From: an uncultured Verrucomicrobiae bacterium
GTDB taxonomy: Bacteria; Verrucomicrobiota; Verrucomicrobiia; Chthoniobacterales; UBA10450
Length of the DNA stretch: 64,000 nucleotides
Direction: 5' to 3'
Assembly: GCA_963815455.1 (NCBI GenBank)
Contig: CAWFGO010000001.1
Coordinates: 320,001-384,000, forward strand
Shown: piece by piece, positions 41,130 to 52,311 of the stretch
How positions within the stretch are numbered: position 1 is the first letter of the stretch
How the letters are laid out: each line of letters begins with the position of its first letter
Notes under the pieces: generated by a model
Seen by the model: the letters and a program-made list of their open reading frames with translations, nothing else
Database searches by the model: none
What the model was told of the DNA's origin: nothing
Position numbers and translations under genes: made by a program

Positions 41130-43010
41130 TCATGCCGTGACCGGCTCGAATTCGGCGAGGGCCGGATCCGGCGTGGCCTGGTCGGCTGGCGCGGCCTTTA
41201 TGGAAACGATCGTAAATTGCCCGGTGCCGTCCTCCGTATTCAGCGTGATATTTTCGCCGCCTTCATGACCAAGTAGCGCCTGGCCGATCGCCGTTTGATA
41301 AGAAATGACGTGGCGCTCGGGATCGCCGTCCCAAGCCCCGAGAATCGTATACGTTTCCTCTTTGCCCGAACTCTTCTCCCGCAAGGTGACCACCGTCCCG
41401 ATCGAGACGCGTGACGTGTCGGGATTCTCGAACGCGGTCCCCCGCGCCAACTGCAGCATTTGTTCGATCTCGGATTTGCGCCGCATCAGAACGGCCTGCA
41501 TTTGTTTGGCCGCTTTGTATTCGAAATTCTCGCTCAAATCGCCGTAGGACCGGGCCAGGGCGATTTCCTTGGTGTTGTCGGGGATTTTCTTTTTGATCAG
41601 GTCCTCGTATTCAGCGCGGCGTTTTTCCAAGCTGCTCCACGAGACAACCAGCGGGGCCGCTTTTTCTTCCGGTTGAGCGCCGGCGATCATGCTTTCGAGC
41701 TCGGGATAAAGCTTAACGATTCGAGCCAGGAGCGAACGTTTGGTCAGTTCGTCGAACAACGGGCTGAGTTGAAGCCGCCGCATGGCATCACGCGCAATGG
41801 GGGCGTCGGCTTTCGCGAAAATGTCGGCCACCAATTGTCGATCGTCCACCAGCATACGCTGCAACTTGCTGTAACGGGTGGTCACGCGGTGTTGTTCACG
41901 GTCGAGAGCGGACAAGATCGCGGCCAGCAATTCGGGCGCAACGAGTTCGGGCCATTCATCGCGCTCGCTGCATAACCACATCAGCATCTCACTGGTCGCG
42001 GAATGTTCGCGAATGCTGCGCTCGAGGGCCGTGCGCAGTTCCGCATGTTGTCCGGCCCCGCTAAAAACGCGGGGGATTTGCGCGACCATCCGACCATGGG
42101 TTGCCTGCATTAATTGCAAAGCGCGGGTCGTCCAGCGTTCGCCCAGCGTGGCCGGCAACGCCTGGAGCACACGCTTTTCCTTGGCCGCAGGCAATTTCGG
42201 CAGGATCAAGATCAACCGTGTTTCTTCGTCCAGGATCAGTTTCGCCAGAGTGAGGCCTACATGCGTCGTGCGGAGTTGCGGAACGCCCTCCAGCAAATCG
42301 TCGCGGCTCAGGATCAATTCGAAGGCCAGCTCCGGATGCAGTTTCTGGTTGCGAGCCGCGACGTTCTCAACTGTGGCCACAATCGCCTGCAACTCTTTTT
42401 CCGGTTCCTTGAATTGACCGGGAGATTTTACGATTTCCTCGAGCGCCGCGATTTGCGCCTTCGGCTGGCGCGCCTGGTTGAAAGCGGCAATCAGCTCATC
42501 CGCCTGCGAGACTCCTTCTCCCCGCAACTGGATCGGCTCGTTTTTTTTCGCAGGAATGGAAAATTCGCCGCTGGACTTGATCTGTTTCTTTGCCGATTCC
42601 CACCAGCGTTTCCATTCCGCCTCGGTGAACACATCGCCAATCAGCCATTCCCCAATCTGTTGCGGCGTCGCCTCCCCCTCCAGGCTTTCCAGAATATTTC
42701 GCACCAGCGCCACCGGGTCGTCCTTGGCCAGCTGCTTGATCGACTTCAGATCGTTCGCTTTCCGGGCCAGAAAATGGTCAGCCGTAATTATGCGCAGATT
42801 TTCCGCAGCGTATTGCAGCTGCATGGAGTGTCCCTTTTTTCCCGAGAAATCGATGACGATCTGATTGAGCAGGAGGTTCCACTCCGCCACCCGTCCAAAG
42901 CCCCAGCTCTTGTGCAGGCAAAAAATTCCGGGCTTGAGTTTATCGAGTTGCTCCGCGGCTTTGGAGGTCAGCTTTTCGGATTCGACGAGTTTTTGCAGTT
43001 CAGCGTTCAT
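41130..43010 (-). CDS. greA: Large GreA/GreB-domain transcription elongation factor
   Basis: C-terminal EIALARSYGDLSENFEYKAAK and ISYQTAIGQALLG; about 450-aa N-terminal extension. Confidence 0.85.
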   Translation of the reverse strand: MNAELQKLVESEKLTSKAAEQLDKLKPGIFCLHKSWGFGRVAEWNLLLNQIVIDFSGKKGHSMQLQYAAENLRIITADHFLARKANDLKSIKQLAKDDPVALVRNILESLEGEATPQQIGEWLIGDVFTEAEWKRWWESAKKQIKSSGEFSIPAKKNEPIQLRGEGVSQADELIAAFNQARQPKAQIAALEEIVKSPGQFKEPEKELQAIVATVENVAARNQKLHPELAFELILSRDDLLEGVPQLRTTHVGLTLAKLILDEETRLILILPKLPAAKEKRVLQALPATLGERWTTRALQLMQATHGRMVAQIPRVFSGAGQHAELRTALERSIREHSATSEMLMWLCSERDEWPELVAPELLAAILSALDREQHRVTTRYSKLQRMLVDDRQLVADIFAKADAPIARDAMRRLQLSPLFDELTKRSLLARIVKLYPELESMIAGAQPEEKAAPLVVSWSSLEKRRAEYEDLIKKKIPDNTKEIALARSYGDLSENFEYKAAKQMQAVLMRRKSEIEQMLQLARGTAFENPDTSRVSIGTVVTLREKSSGKEETYTILGAWDGDPERHVISYQTAIGQALLGHEGGENITLNTEDGTGQFTIVSIKAAPADQATPDPALAEFEPVTA

Positions 43011-43108
43011 CAAGGGACGGCATAAATCCCAAGTGACATATAGTTCGGATGCGCGGTCGGTGCAATTTCCCATTGCTCCGCGCCCCGCAGCATGAAACTC
43101 TCCTCGCG

Positions 43109-44045
43109 GTGACGACGAGCATTTGGTTTTGGATCGCATTCCACATTGGCGTGTTTATCGCGATCGCAATCGATCTTTACACTTTCAAACTGCGGACGCG
43201 CGAGTTGAGCATGAAGGCGGCGGCGCAGCGAACGTCTTTGTGGGTGCTGGTGTCGCTTGGCTTTGCCTTTCTCGTCTGGCGCATCAAAGGACCGGATCAC
43301 GGTCTCGATTTCCTCGCCGGCTATCTCATCGAGTACGCGCTCAGCGTGGACAACATCTTCGTCTTCGTCCTGATCTTCGCCCATTTTCACGTGCCGCGGC
43401 ACGCTCAACACCGGGTCCTGGTTTGGGGAATCATGGGCGCACTGGTCATGCGAGGAATCATGATCCTATGCGGCATTGCGCTGGTGCAACGGTTCCATTT
43501 TATTCTCTATCTCTTCGGGGTCCTGCTCCTGTTTAGCGCGACTCGAATGTTTTTCGGGAATCATCTGGCCCAGAATTTTCAGGAAAGCTGGGTGATTCGC
43601 ATTAGCCGGCGCGTCTTCCCGATTACTCCGGATTTTCATGGGGAACATTTTAAAGCGCGGGTCAATGGCCGCTGGATGATCACTCCGCTCGCTTTGACGA
43701 TGCTGGTGATCGAAGTCACCGATCTGATATTCGCAATCGACTCGATTCCCGCGGTTTTCGGGATCACACGTGATCCCTTCATTGTTTATACTTCCAACAT
43801 CTGCGCGATTCTCGGTTTGCGTTCGCTTTACTTTCTTCTGGCCAATTTGATGGACCGTTTTATTTATCTCAAGAACGGGCTGGCGATCGTGCTCGCTTTC
43901 ATCGGCAGTCAAGATGATCGTGGCGGGTTTTCTTCCCTTGCCGACAGGAATATCGCTCATTGTCATCCTCGCCATTCTCACCGCCACCATCGCGATTTCC
44001 ATGCTGGTGACACGCCGCCGGAATGCGTCTCAGAATCGAACCTGA
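43109..44045 (+). CDS. TerC/Alx family membrane protein (frameshift near 43908)
   Basis: EYALSVDNIFVF, DLIFAIDSIPA, SNICAILGLRSLYF. Confidence 0.92.
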
Positions 44046-44092
44046 AATAGGTTGCGTTTGTTGACGCTATTGTTTAACTCTTTCGGAGGGCC

Positions 44093-44499
44093 ATGAAGAA
44101 TCTTCGTCGTTGTCGCATTGATCGCCGGTTTGGCCAGCAGCGCCCTGGCCGATATTCAAGATCCGCCATCGAACGATTATGGGCCGACCCGGAAACTGGG
44201 CCGCGGTCTTTCAAATCTCTTTCTCGCTCCGGCGGAGATTTTTGTCACGGTCGCTACGATCAACACGAATGAAGGCAACGCCGCCGCTGCCGGATACGGA
44301 GTGGTGCGCGGCGTAGGGCGCTCAGCCGCGCGGCGTTTGGCCGGACTTTTCGAAATATTGACATTTCCCGGCGCCGGTGTGGCGTCAAAGTTACGCACCG
44401 ATGCTTCCGCCGGATGTTCCTTACATTCACGCCGGCTATTCAGAATTCCCGCCGGAGTTGGGCAACGAAACGAAGTATCCTTACGTCCGGGATTATTGA
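44093..44499 (+). CDS. Exosortase system-associated TIGR04073-like protein (frameshifted)
   Basis: Signal peptide then DIQDPP..YGPTRKLGRGLSN...EI...G..EILTFP. Confidence 0.7.
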
Positions 44500-44548
44500 T
44501 CGGGATAGTTTCGCGTCGATTCGCGCGATTCGCGGATTACATTGAGTC

Positions 44549-45608
44549 TTGCGCATCGTCGATCTTAAAATCGGAGACATCGCTTTCGGCGGAAAGGGCG
44601 TCGCGCGGGAAAATGGAAAGGCGATCTTTGTTCCTTACACCATTGAAGGGGAAATCGTCTCGGCCGAGATCGTGCGCGAGAAAAAGCAATTCGCCGAAGC
44701 CGAACTTGTCGATGTTAAGGAAAGCTCACCGCATCGAGTCACGCCGGAGTGTCCCTATTTCGGAAGTTGTGGCGGCTGCGCCTATCAGCACATCGATTAT
44801 GAACACCAGCTCGCCATCAAGTGGCGACAGGTCCGCGATGTTCTCCAGCGGATCGGCAAGCTCGACCAGGTCCCGCTCCGGCCGATTATCCCCTCGCCTC
44901 TCGCCTACGGTTACCGCAATCGGATCACGGTCCACGTCCAGGATGGCGTGGTCGGTTTTTTTCGGCGCGATTCGCATCGTTTGATCGACATCGAGCGCTG
45001 CCCGATCGCACCCGACGAAATCAATCGCGAATTGGCGGCTTTGCGCGGGCAACCGCAGTTGCGCGATGGGCATTACACGCTGCGCACTGCCTCCGGTCCC
45101 CGCGTTTTTTCTCAAACCAACGACGCCGTCGCGCGCGCGTTGCGCGATTTGATCGACGAGCCTGATCGCGCCGAATCGGCCGCTCTTGATCGATGCCTAT
45201 TGCGGCGCCGGTTTTTTCGCCAAAGCGCTGCTCGACAAATTCGAGCGAGTCATTGGGATTGATTGGGACACGTTCGCCATCGAAGCGGCGAAAGCGAATG
45301 CAACGGAAAAGGAAAACTACCTCGCCGGCGATGTCGATCTTGAGCTGACCCGGGCGCTTCAGAATGCGGATCGGAAGGAGGCAATGCTGATTGTCGATCC
45401 TCCGGCGACCGGGCTCGCGGTCAGCACGAGCAAAGCGATTGTCGATCTTAGGCCGGAAGTCCTCATTTACATTTCGTGTAATCCTGCGACTCTGGCGCGC
45501 GATTTGAAGGAATTGCGAGGCGGATTCGCGATCAATTCGGTCACGCCCCTCGATATGTTTCCACAGACGGCAGAAATTGAAGTCGTGGCGCATCTGCGCC
45601 GCAATTAG
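44549..45608 (+). CDS. TRAM-domain RNA (uracil-5)-methyltransferase, RlmD/TrmA family (frameshift near 45160)
   Basis: CPYFGSCGGC.YQH, FSQTN, DAYCGAG, VDPP, YISCNP.TLARD, DMFPQT. Confidence 0.9.
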
Positions 45609-45662
45609 CAAAAAGGACTTGCCACTAAGCGAGCGCTCAATCGAAAGTTATCTCTCATAGCG

Positions 45663-47489
45663 ATGGCCGAAATAATTCCTGCTGGCGTCCATCGGCCGCG
45701 CAACGTTGACTGGAAGCGCGCCGCCGCGCTGCTTTACGGAGATTGGGGAACCAGCAAAGCCTATGTGCTCGGGCTGGCGTTCGTCGCCGCGGGGTTCGCT
45801 TCGTTTCCCATCATCCTCGCCGTTTGCCTGCTGACCGCCGTCGTCGGTTTTAACTACATCATCATCTGCGCCCATTTCCCCGATGGCGGCGGTGTCTATT
45901 CGGCTGCGCGCCAGCAAAGCCGCTTCCTTGCCTCGGTCGGCGCTCTTTTGTTGATCGCAAACTTCATCGTGACTGCGGCATTGAGCGGATGGGCCGGGGT
46001 AACTTATCTGGGCGTGCCAAGCCAATACGCCCCGGTCGCCGCGGGCGTAGTGATTTTAGTCCTCGGCGCGCTCAATTATTTCGGACCGAAACACAGCGGC
46101 AGCGTTTCAATCTGGCTGGCCATCCCGGCGGTGGTCGTTGTCGTCGCTACGATCGCGTTCAGTGCAAGTCATTTGAACACCGCCCATCTCGAGCCTCGTC
46201 ACGTCAATTTGGAAACGACCTGGGTCCAATTTGTCGGAGTCATCCTTGCTCTGAGCGGAGTCGAGGCCATCGCAAATCTCACCGGCGTAATGAAGCTGGA
46301 TCCCGGGTGCCACGGCGGACGCACCAAAAGTTACGCGAACAGCCACCAAAGCAATTTTGCTGGTAGCGCTTGAGGTCGTGGGCGGTACCGCGCTTGATCG
46401 GCTGGGCCATGCTCTCGCTGCCGAAGTCGTTTGCGCCGGATCTGGCCGCGCACAAGGAAGACATGCTGCGTTTTGTCGGCGGACATTACGCCGGACTGGT
46501 TGGGTGGCGAATGGTTCGGTCACGCCTTTTCTATTTTTGTCGGCGCCGTGTTCGGACTTCTGCTCATCAGCGCGGTCAACACCGCCATCGTCGCATTGAT
46601 CGGCGTCATTTATATGATGGCTCAGGACGGCGAAATGCCGCGGCAATTCGCCCGGCTCAACAAACATGGCGTGCCGGGCATTCCTTTGCTGGTCGCGGTG
46701 GCGATTCCGATTTTAATTCTCGCGATCACAAAACAATTTGAGGGACTCGCTGGTCTTTATGCCATCGGCGTAGTGGGCGCCATTTCTGTAAATCTCGGCG
46801 CCTGCACGTTTAACAAACATCTCCGCCTGCATGTCCACGAGCGCCTGCTCATGGGCGCGACTTTTCTTATTCTGGCACTGGTCGAGTTGACGCTGGCCAA
46901 AACGAAGCCGGACGCTTTGTTTTTCGCCATCTGCGTCCTCGGTATCGGTCTCGGCTTCCGCGCTTATTCGCATAAAATTGCCGGATTAAGGACGCTGACC
47001 GTAACGCAAAAAGTGGCCGAAATGGTCACGCCCGATCTCGTCCCGGGCATGCAGACACGGATCGAGGAGGGCCAGAAGATAATGGTCGCCGCGCGCGGGC
47101 TTACCCGCGTGCTCAGCTTCGCTCTGGATGAAGCGCAACTGCGCAAAGCCACCTTGTACGTCTTGTACGTAAAGGAGATCGCGGTTTTTTATGCCCGCGG
47201 ACCGACCGATCCTGGCCGGCCCAAATGGCAGGACGATCCCGAGGCGAACGCGATCATGTCGACCATGCTTAAAATGGCCGCGGAGCGCGACATTTGCGTC
47301 CTGCCGGTTTATGCCGTGAGCGAAGACACCGCCACTACTGTGCTCGATCTCGCCGCCACTCTGGGCATCGATTACCTGATCATCGGCGCATCTCAACGCA
47401 CCGCCATGACCAAATTGCTCCGCGGCAGCGTAGCCACCAACGTCGTCCAGCAATTGCCCGAATCGATTCACCTGATCATTTTTGGATAG
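45663..47489 (+). CDS. APC family permease with C-terminal universal stress (Usp) domain; frameshifts 46300-46510
   Basis: GDWGTSKAY, PDGGGVY, SGVEAIAN; C-terminal IIGASQR...LLRGSV. Confidence 0.82.
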
Positions 47490-47538
47490 ATTCCATTGAA
47501 CGTTGGGCGTTGAGCGTTCATCGTTGGGCGTTTCCCGC

Positions 47539-49128
47539 ATGACTCCCAAAGTCCTGATCGCCGATTCTATTTCCCAGCGCGGCGTCGATGAGCTTTCTCG
47601 CGACAATGCGCTCGACGTCACGATCAAGACCGGTCTCGGCGAAAAAGAACTTGTCGATCTTATTCCGGCGTTTAGCGGGCTCGTTGTCCGCAGCCAGACC
47701 AAGGTGACAGCGAATGTTTTAAATGCGGGAACAAAGCTGCGCGTCGTGGGCCGCGCCGGCGTTGGCGTGGACAATGTCGATGTCGAAACGGCGACGCGGC
47801 GCGGCGTCATCGTGTTGAACGCGCCCGGCGGAAACACCGTTTCCACCGCCGAGCACGCGTTTTCACTTTTGCTCTCGGTGGCGCGCAAGATTCCGCAGGC
47901 GGACGCGAACGTTCGCAGCAAGCATTGGGACAAGAAGAATTTCGAAGGCGTCGAACTCTACAACAAAACGCTCGGCATTATTGGCATGGGCCGGATTGGC
48001 AGTGAACTGAGCCGGCGCGCGATTGTATTCGGCATGCGAGTGGTGGCTTTCGATCCGTATCTTTCGGCTGCACGCGCCCGGAGCTTGCAAGTCGAGCTGG
48101 TGGATGAACTCGACGATCTGCTCACAACCGCAGATTTCATTTCGCTGCACACGCCGCTTACCGCGGAAACGCATCACCTTCTCGATGCTGCCCGGTTACA
48201 AAAAACAAAAAATGGCGTCCGGATTATCAATTGCGCCCGCGGCGGCTTGATCGACGAAGACGCGTTGGCTAAAGCGTTGCAAGATCGACATGTGGCCGGC
48301 GCGGCGCTGGATGTCTTCGAAACCGAGCCGCTTCCCGCCGATTCGTCGCTGCGGACCGCGCCGAACATTGTTTTAACTCCTCACCTGGGCGCTTCCACCG
48401 CCGAGGCGCAGGAGAGCGTCGGCATCGAGATTGCCCAATCGATTCGCGCGGCGCTTCTCGAAGGCACTATCCGCAACGCCGTGAACATGCCGAACCTCGA
48501 CGCCAAAACGCTGGCGATCGTCGGTCCGCACCTCCGCTTCGGCGAAAAGCTGGGGAGATTTCTTTCCCAAATTGCGCCCAAGCGAGCGGATGCGCTCAAC
48601 ATCAATTACAGCGGCAAAGTCAACGAAGTCGATACCACCGCCATCACCCGCTCCGTTCTGAAAGGTTTTTTGCAGACTGCCGGTGGTAGCGAGGTCAACG
48701 AAGTGAACGCGCCCGCGTTTGCCGAGAGTCTCGGCTTGAAAGTGAGCGAATCGCGGTTGAGCGCGCCGGGCGATTACACCGACATGCTCGAGCTTTCTGC
48801 CTCGGCCGAAGGTAAAATGGTGTCGGTCGGCGGGGCATTTTTCGGCGCAACGCCGCGCATTATCAGTATCAACAGTCGCCCGGTCGAGGCGCGCCCGCAC
48901 GGCGTTGTGCTCGTTTTGGAAAACACCGATCGTCCTGGAATGGTCGGACGAATCGGCTCGCTGCTGGGCGATCACGGAGTCAACATCGCCACCATGTCGT
49001 TAAGCCGAAACCAGGCCGGCGGGACTGCGTTAACGGTGTTGAACCTCGATACTGCACCCGATGAAAATCTCCTCGCCGAAATTCGCGCCAGCCAGGATAT
49101 TCGTTCCGCGCAGGTGATTGAGTTATGA
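47539..49128 (+). CDS. serA: D-3-phosphoglycerate dehydrogenase
   Basis: GRAGVGVDNVD, GMGRIG, NCARGG, TPHLGAST.EAQ; C-terminal ACT. Confidence 0.95.
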   Translation: MTPKVLIADSISQRGVDELSRDNALDVTIKTGLGEKELVDLIPAFSGLVVRSQTKVTANVLNAGTKLRVVGRAGVGVDNVDVETATRRGVIVLNAPGGNTVSTAEHAFSLLLSVARKIPQADANVRSKHWDKKNFEGVELYNKTLGIIGMGRIGSELSRRAIVFGMRVVAFDPYLSAARARSLQVELVDELDDLLTTADFISLHTPLTAETHHLLDAARLQKTKNGVRIINCARGGLIDEDALAKALQDRHVAGAALDVFETEPLPADSSLRTAPNIVLTPHLGASTAEAQESVGIEIAQSIRAALLEGTIRNAVNMPNLDAKTLAIVGPHLRFGEKLGRFLSQIAPKRADALNINYSGKVNEVDTTAITRSVLKGFLQTAGGSEVNEVNAPAFAESLGLKVSESRLSAPGDYTDMLELSASAEGKMVSVGGAFFGATPRIISINSRPVEARPHGVVLVLENTDRPGMVGRIGSLLGDHGVNIATMSLSRNQAGGTALTVLNLDTAPDENLLAEIRASQDIRSAQVIEL

Positions 49129-49146
49129 AATCTTCGCGAAATCGTG

Positions 49147-50979
49147 ATGCCGATCTCTAACCGCGACAATTTCAGAACGCTCGCCTGCGCGGTCGGTGTT
49201 TCCGCGCTCGCGGCGATCCTGTATCTCTTCACCGCGGCGCGCGACATCGTTGTGGGCGACACTCCCGAATTAATCATTGCCGCGGCGACTTTGGGCGTGG
49301 CCCATCCGCCCGGCTATCCCCTGTTCACCATGCTCGGGCATCTTTTCAGTTTGCTCCCGCTGGGCTCGATTCCATTCCGGGTCAATCTGCTTTCCGTCGT
49401 CTGCGATGCGCTCACGGCCGGTATCGTTTTTCTAACGGCCTTTCGGTTGAGCCGTTCGCGCTGGGCATCAGTCATGGCCGCGCTGATCCTCGCCTTCAAC
49501 CCGCTTTTCTGGTCGTGGTCGTTGGTGGCCGAGGTTTTTCCTCTAAATAATTTATTGGTCAGCCTTCTGATTTATCTGCTCGTGATTTGGCACGAGAAAC
49601 CGGAACGAATCGGGGCGTTGATCACGGCGGCTTTCGTCACCGGCCTGGCGTTCACCAATCACCAAACGATCGTGCTGTTGGTTCCCGCTGTTTGTTTCGT
49701 TTTGTGGCAACACCGCGCGGTTTTGTCGGCGAAACCGCAAATTCTCGTAATTTGCCTGCTGGCCTTTGTGCTCGGACTTGCGCCTTACGCGTATGTGCCG
49801 TGGACGGCGGCGCATCATCCGGCTTACAACTGGGGGAATGTGTCGTCGTTCGGCGATCTTTTCTCACTCATCACGCGTCAGAGTTATGGCAGTGGCGATC
49901 TGGTCGCCGCCATTTACCGTGGCGGCTCGATAGTCCATCGCCTTCTGATGCTCTTTCTTTCCATGGGCGCGCTGATCAATCTGCTTGCCTTGTTAGGGCT
50001 TATTCATGCTCACAGCCATCGGCCGTGGTATTTTTGGTTTAGCCTGCTCGCGTTCGTTTGCGCGGGTCCTTTCTTTGCCGCCTTGACCAATCTCAACCTG
50101 TCCAGCGTGCCGCAGGCCTTGTTCGTGCTCGAACGCTTTTTCCTTCTGCCCGAAGTGATCGTAGCGCCGCTGCTCGCTCTGGGCATCGTGATGGTCGCCG
50201 AGTTCATCGGCGCGTCGGCCCGGGCTCTGCCAGTTCGGCCTTTGCCGCTTGTCTCCGGGGCGGTTGCCGTCGTGCTGGCTGTTAGTTTGCTCACGAATTA
50301 TCGACGGATCGACCAGAGCAACAATCATATCGCGCGCACGTATGCGGAAGATGTCTTCGCGACGATTGAGCCGAATACCATTCTACTCTTGACCGGCGAT
50401 GGTCTCGCGCTGCCGTTGTTGTATCTCAATCTGGTCGAGCGAACCCGGACCGACGTGACATTAATCCTCCCATTGCTTTTGCCTGCCGATTGGTACGTGC
50501 GCCAACTTCGGGAGCAAAATCCCGGCCTGATTGTTCCATTCGATCGTTACGATACCGAACAGAATAACCTAAAGACGTTGATCGAAGCCAATCCGGGCCG
50601 GCCCGCCGCAGTCATCGGAACGCTGCAGGACAACAGCCTGGATCGAGATTATCAAGCTTACCCGCATGGGCTGGTTCGTCTCGTCAAGCCGAGATCGAAA
50701 TTCATCACGATTAACGAGATGGTGAGTGACAACGATAAGTTAATGCAACGCTACAGACCTCCGGCCCCCGATCGAATCAGCAAGAAAAGTTTCGAAAGCG
50801 AGATTCTGTTGCTTTACGCCCAGCCCGCCTGGTACATCGGCGCCGAATACGAGCGGCTCGGCGGGCCAACCGAAGCCCGCAAATGGTACAAACGCGCACT
50901 CACTATCGACCCAAATTTTCCGCAGGCGCGCCAGGGGTTTGGCCGGATCGACAGGGCAAACCGCTCCCCCAAATATTGA
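49147..50979 (+). CDS. DUF2723 / TMEM260-like GT-C glycosyltransferase with C-terminal TPR
   Basis: GD..E...A..LGVAHPPGYPL, AEV..L, NH; many TMs; YKRALTIDPN. Confidence 0.85.
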   Translation: MPISNRDNFRTLACAVGVSALAAILYLFTAARDIVVGDTPELIIAAATLGVAHPPGYPLFTMLGHLFSLLPLGSIPFRVNLLSVVCDALTAGIVFLTAFRLSRSRWASVMAALILAFNPLFWSWSLVAEVFPLNNLLVSLLIYLLVIWHEKPERIGALITAAFVTGLAFTNHQTIVLLVPAVCFVLWQHRAVLSAKPQILVICLLAFVLGLAPYAYVPWTAAHHPAYNWGNVSSFGDLFSLITRQSYGSGDLVAAIYRGGSIVHRLLMLFLSMGALINLLALLGLIHAHSHRPWYFWFSLLAFVCAGPFFAALTNLNLSSVPQALFVLERFFLLPEVIVAPLLALGIVMVAEFIGASARALPVRPLPLVSGAVAVVLAVSLLTNYRRIDQSNNHIARTYAEDVFATIEPNTILLLTGDGLALPLLYLNLVERTRTDVTLILPLLLPADWYVRQLREQNPGLIVPFDRYDTEQNNLKTLIEANPGRPAAVIGTLQDNSLDRDYQAYPHGLVRLVKPRSKFITINEMVSDNDKLMQRYRPPAPDRISKKSFESEILLLYAQPAWYIGAEYERLGGPTEARKWYKRALTIDPNFPQARQGFGRIDRANRSPKY

Positions 50980-51021
50980 TCCTTGCCCTCCGGCAATCGA
51001 TCCGATAAACCTCCTGCTCAT

Positions 51022-51285
51022 ATGGACTTCAGCGCTCATTCTATTATCTGGGTTTTGGTGATCGGTCTGATCGTAGGCGCGATCGCAAAACTGTTAATGC
51101 CGGGAAAAGATCCCGGCGGCTGTATCATTACCATGTTGCTCGGCATCGCCGGCGCATTCGTCGGGACCTACCTCGGTCGCCTGGTTAGTGGAAACGAGAG
51201 TTATCAAGCGCGCTGGCTCATGTCGATCATCGGCGCGATGATCTTGCTGCTGCTCTATCGAATGCTCTTTAGCCGAAAATCGTAG
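51022..51285 (+). CDS. GlsB/YeaQ/YmgE stress membrane protein
   Basis: GAIAKLLMPGKDPGG...LLGIAGAFVG. Confidence 0.9.
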   Translation: MDFSAHSIIWVLVIGLIVGAIAKLLMPGKDPGGCIITMLLGIAGAFVGTYLGRLVSGNESYQARWLMSIIGAMILLLLYRMLFSRKS

Positions 51286-51354
51286 ACCGGCATTTCGGGT
51301 CGGGCTGACGAGCGAGGAATGTTGCTCTCCCTGGCGAATCGGCCAAGGTGATCC

Positions 51355-52311
51355 ATGCCGGCACCGACGAAGGTATGGATCCTCCTCGCGTTTGCCGCCA
51401 TCTATCTGATCTGGGGTTCGACTTATCTCGGAATCCTTTACGCAATCCAGTCGATCCCGCCGTTCTTGATGGCCGGCACGCGGTTTTTTCTGGCGGGAGT
51501 GATCATGTATGGGACCGCGCGCATTCAAGGCGCGGCAAAGCCTGAGACGGCGACTTGGAAAAGCGCCGCGATCATTGGCGGTTGCCTGCTGCTGGGAGGA
51601 AACGGCGGCGTAACGGTAGCGGAAAAATGGGTCCCGACCGGTCTCGCTGCACTGCTCGTGGCAACCGTGCCGATCTACATCGCTCTGCTTGGCTGGATCA
51701 CCGGAATGGCTCCGCGACCAACGCCGGTGGTCTGGCTCGGCTTGATCGGCGGATTCATCGGCGTCGGCGTTTTGGTCGGGCCGGCCTTTGCCGCGCCGGC
51801 AAACGGCAATCATCTCGCGCTCGGCATGTCGATCCTGTTGATCGGTTCCTTCCTCTGGTCTCTCGGCTCGCTCTACTCGCGCCGGGCCAGGAGCGCGCCA
51901 TCGTTATTTATCGCGGCCGGCCAGCAAATGATCTGCGGCGGCGTACTACTTTTTCTCGCCGGAGTAGTCATCGGAGAACCACACAGCTTTTCGCTCGAAC
52001 GAATCACCTGGCTTTCGCTCGGAGCATTCGTCTATCTCGTGCTGATCGGGGCATTGATCGGTTACACGGCGTATTTCTATCTGTTGCGACATTGCGATCC
52101 GGCGAAGGTCGCGACCTACGCCTATGTGAATCCGGTCGTGGCCATGTTGCTCGGAACCGCCTTCGCCGGCGAAACGGTAACTCTCCGAACTCTTCTCGGT
52201 GCGGGATTGATTATTGGCTCGGTCGCGGTTGTAATCATGGCCCAACAAATGAAGTCCAAAGGAATTCCACCGGTAACCGCTGCCGTTGAACCCCTTGGTT
52301 GTCCACGATGA
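51355..52311 (+). CDS. EamA/DMT transporter (YedA-like)
   Basis: IYLIWGSTY, YAYVNPVVA. Confidence 0.92.
   Translation: MPAPTKVWILLAFAAIYLIWGSTYLGILYAIQSIPPFLMAGTRFFLAGVIMYGTARIQGAAKPETATWKSAAIIGGCLLLGGNGGVTVAEKWVPTGLAALLVATVPIYIALLGWITGMAPRPTPVVWLGLIGGFIGVGVLVGPAFAAPANGNHLALGMSILLIGSFLWSLGSLYSRRARSAPSLFIAAGQQMICGGVLLFLAGVVIGEPHSFSLERITWLSLGAFVYLVLIGALIGYTAYFYLLRHCDPAKVATYAYVNPVVAMLLGTAFAGETVTLRTLLGAGLIIGSVAVVIMAQQMKSKGIPPVTAAVEPLGCPR

Noticed and set aside
41130..43010. Very long GreA as a novel fusion
   Set aside because: Extended GreA-domain proteins are already known in Chlamydiae and related lineages.
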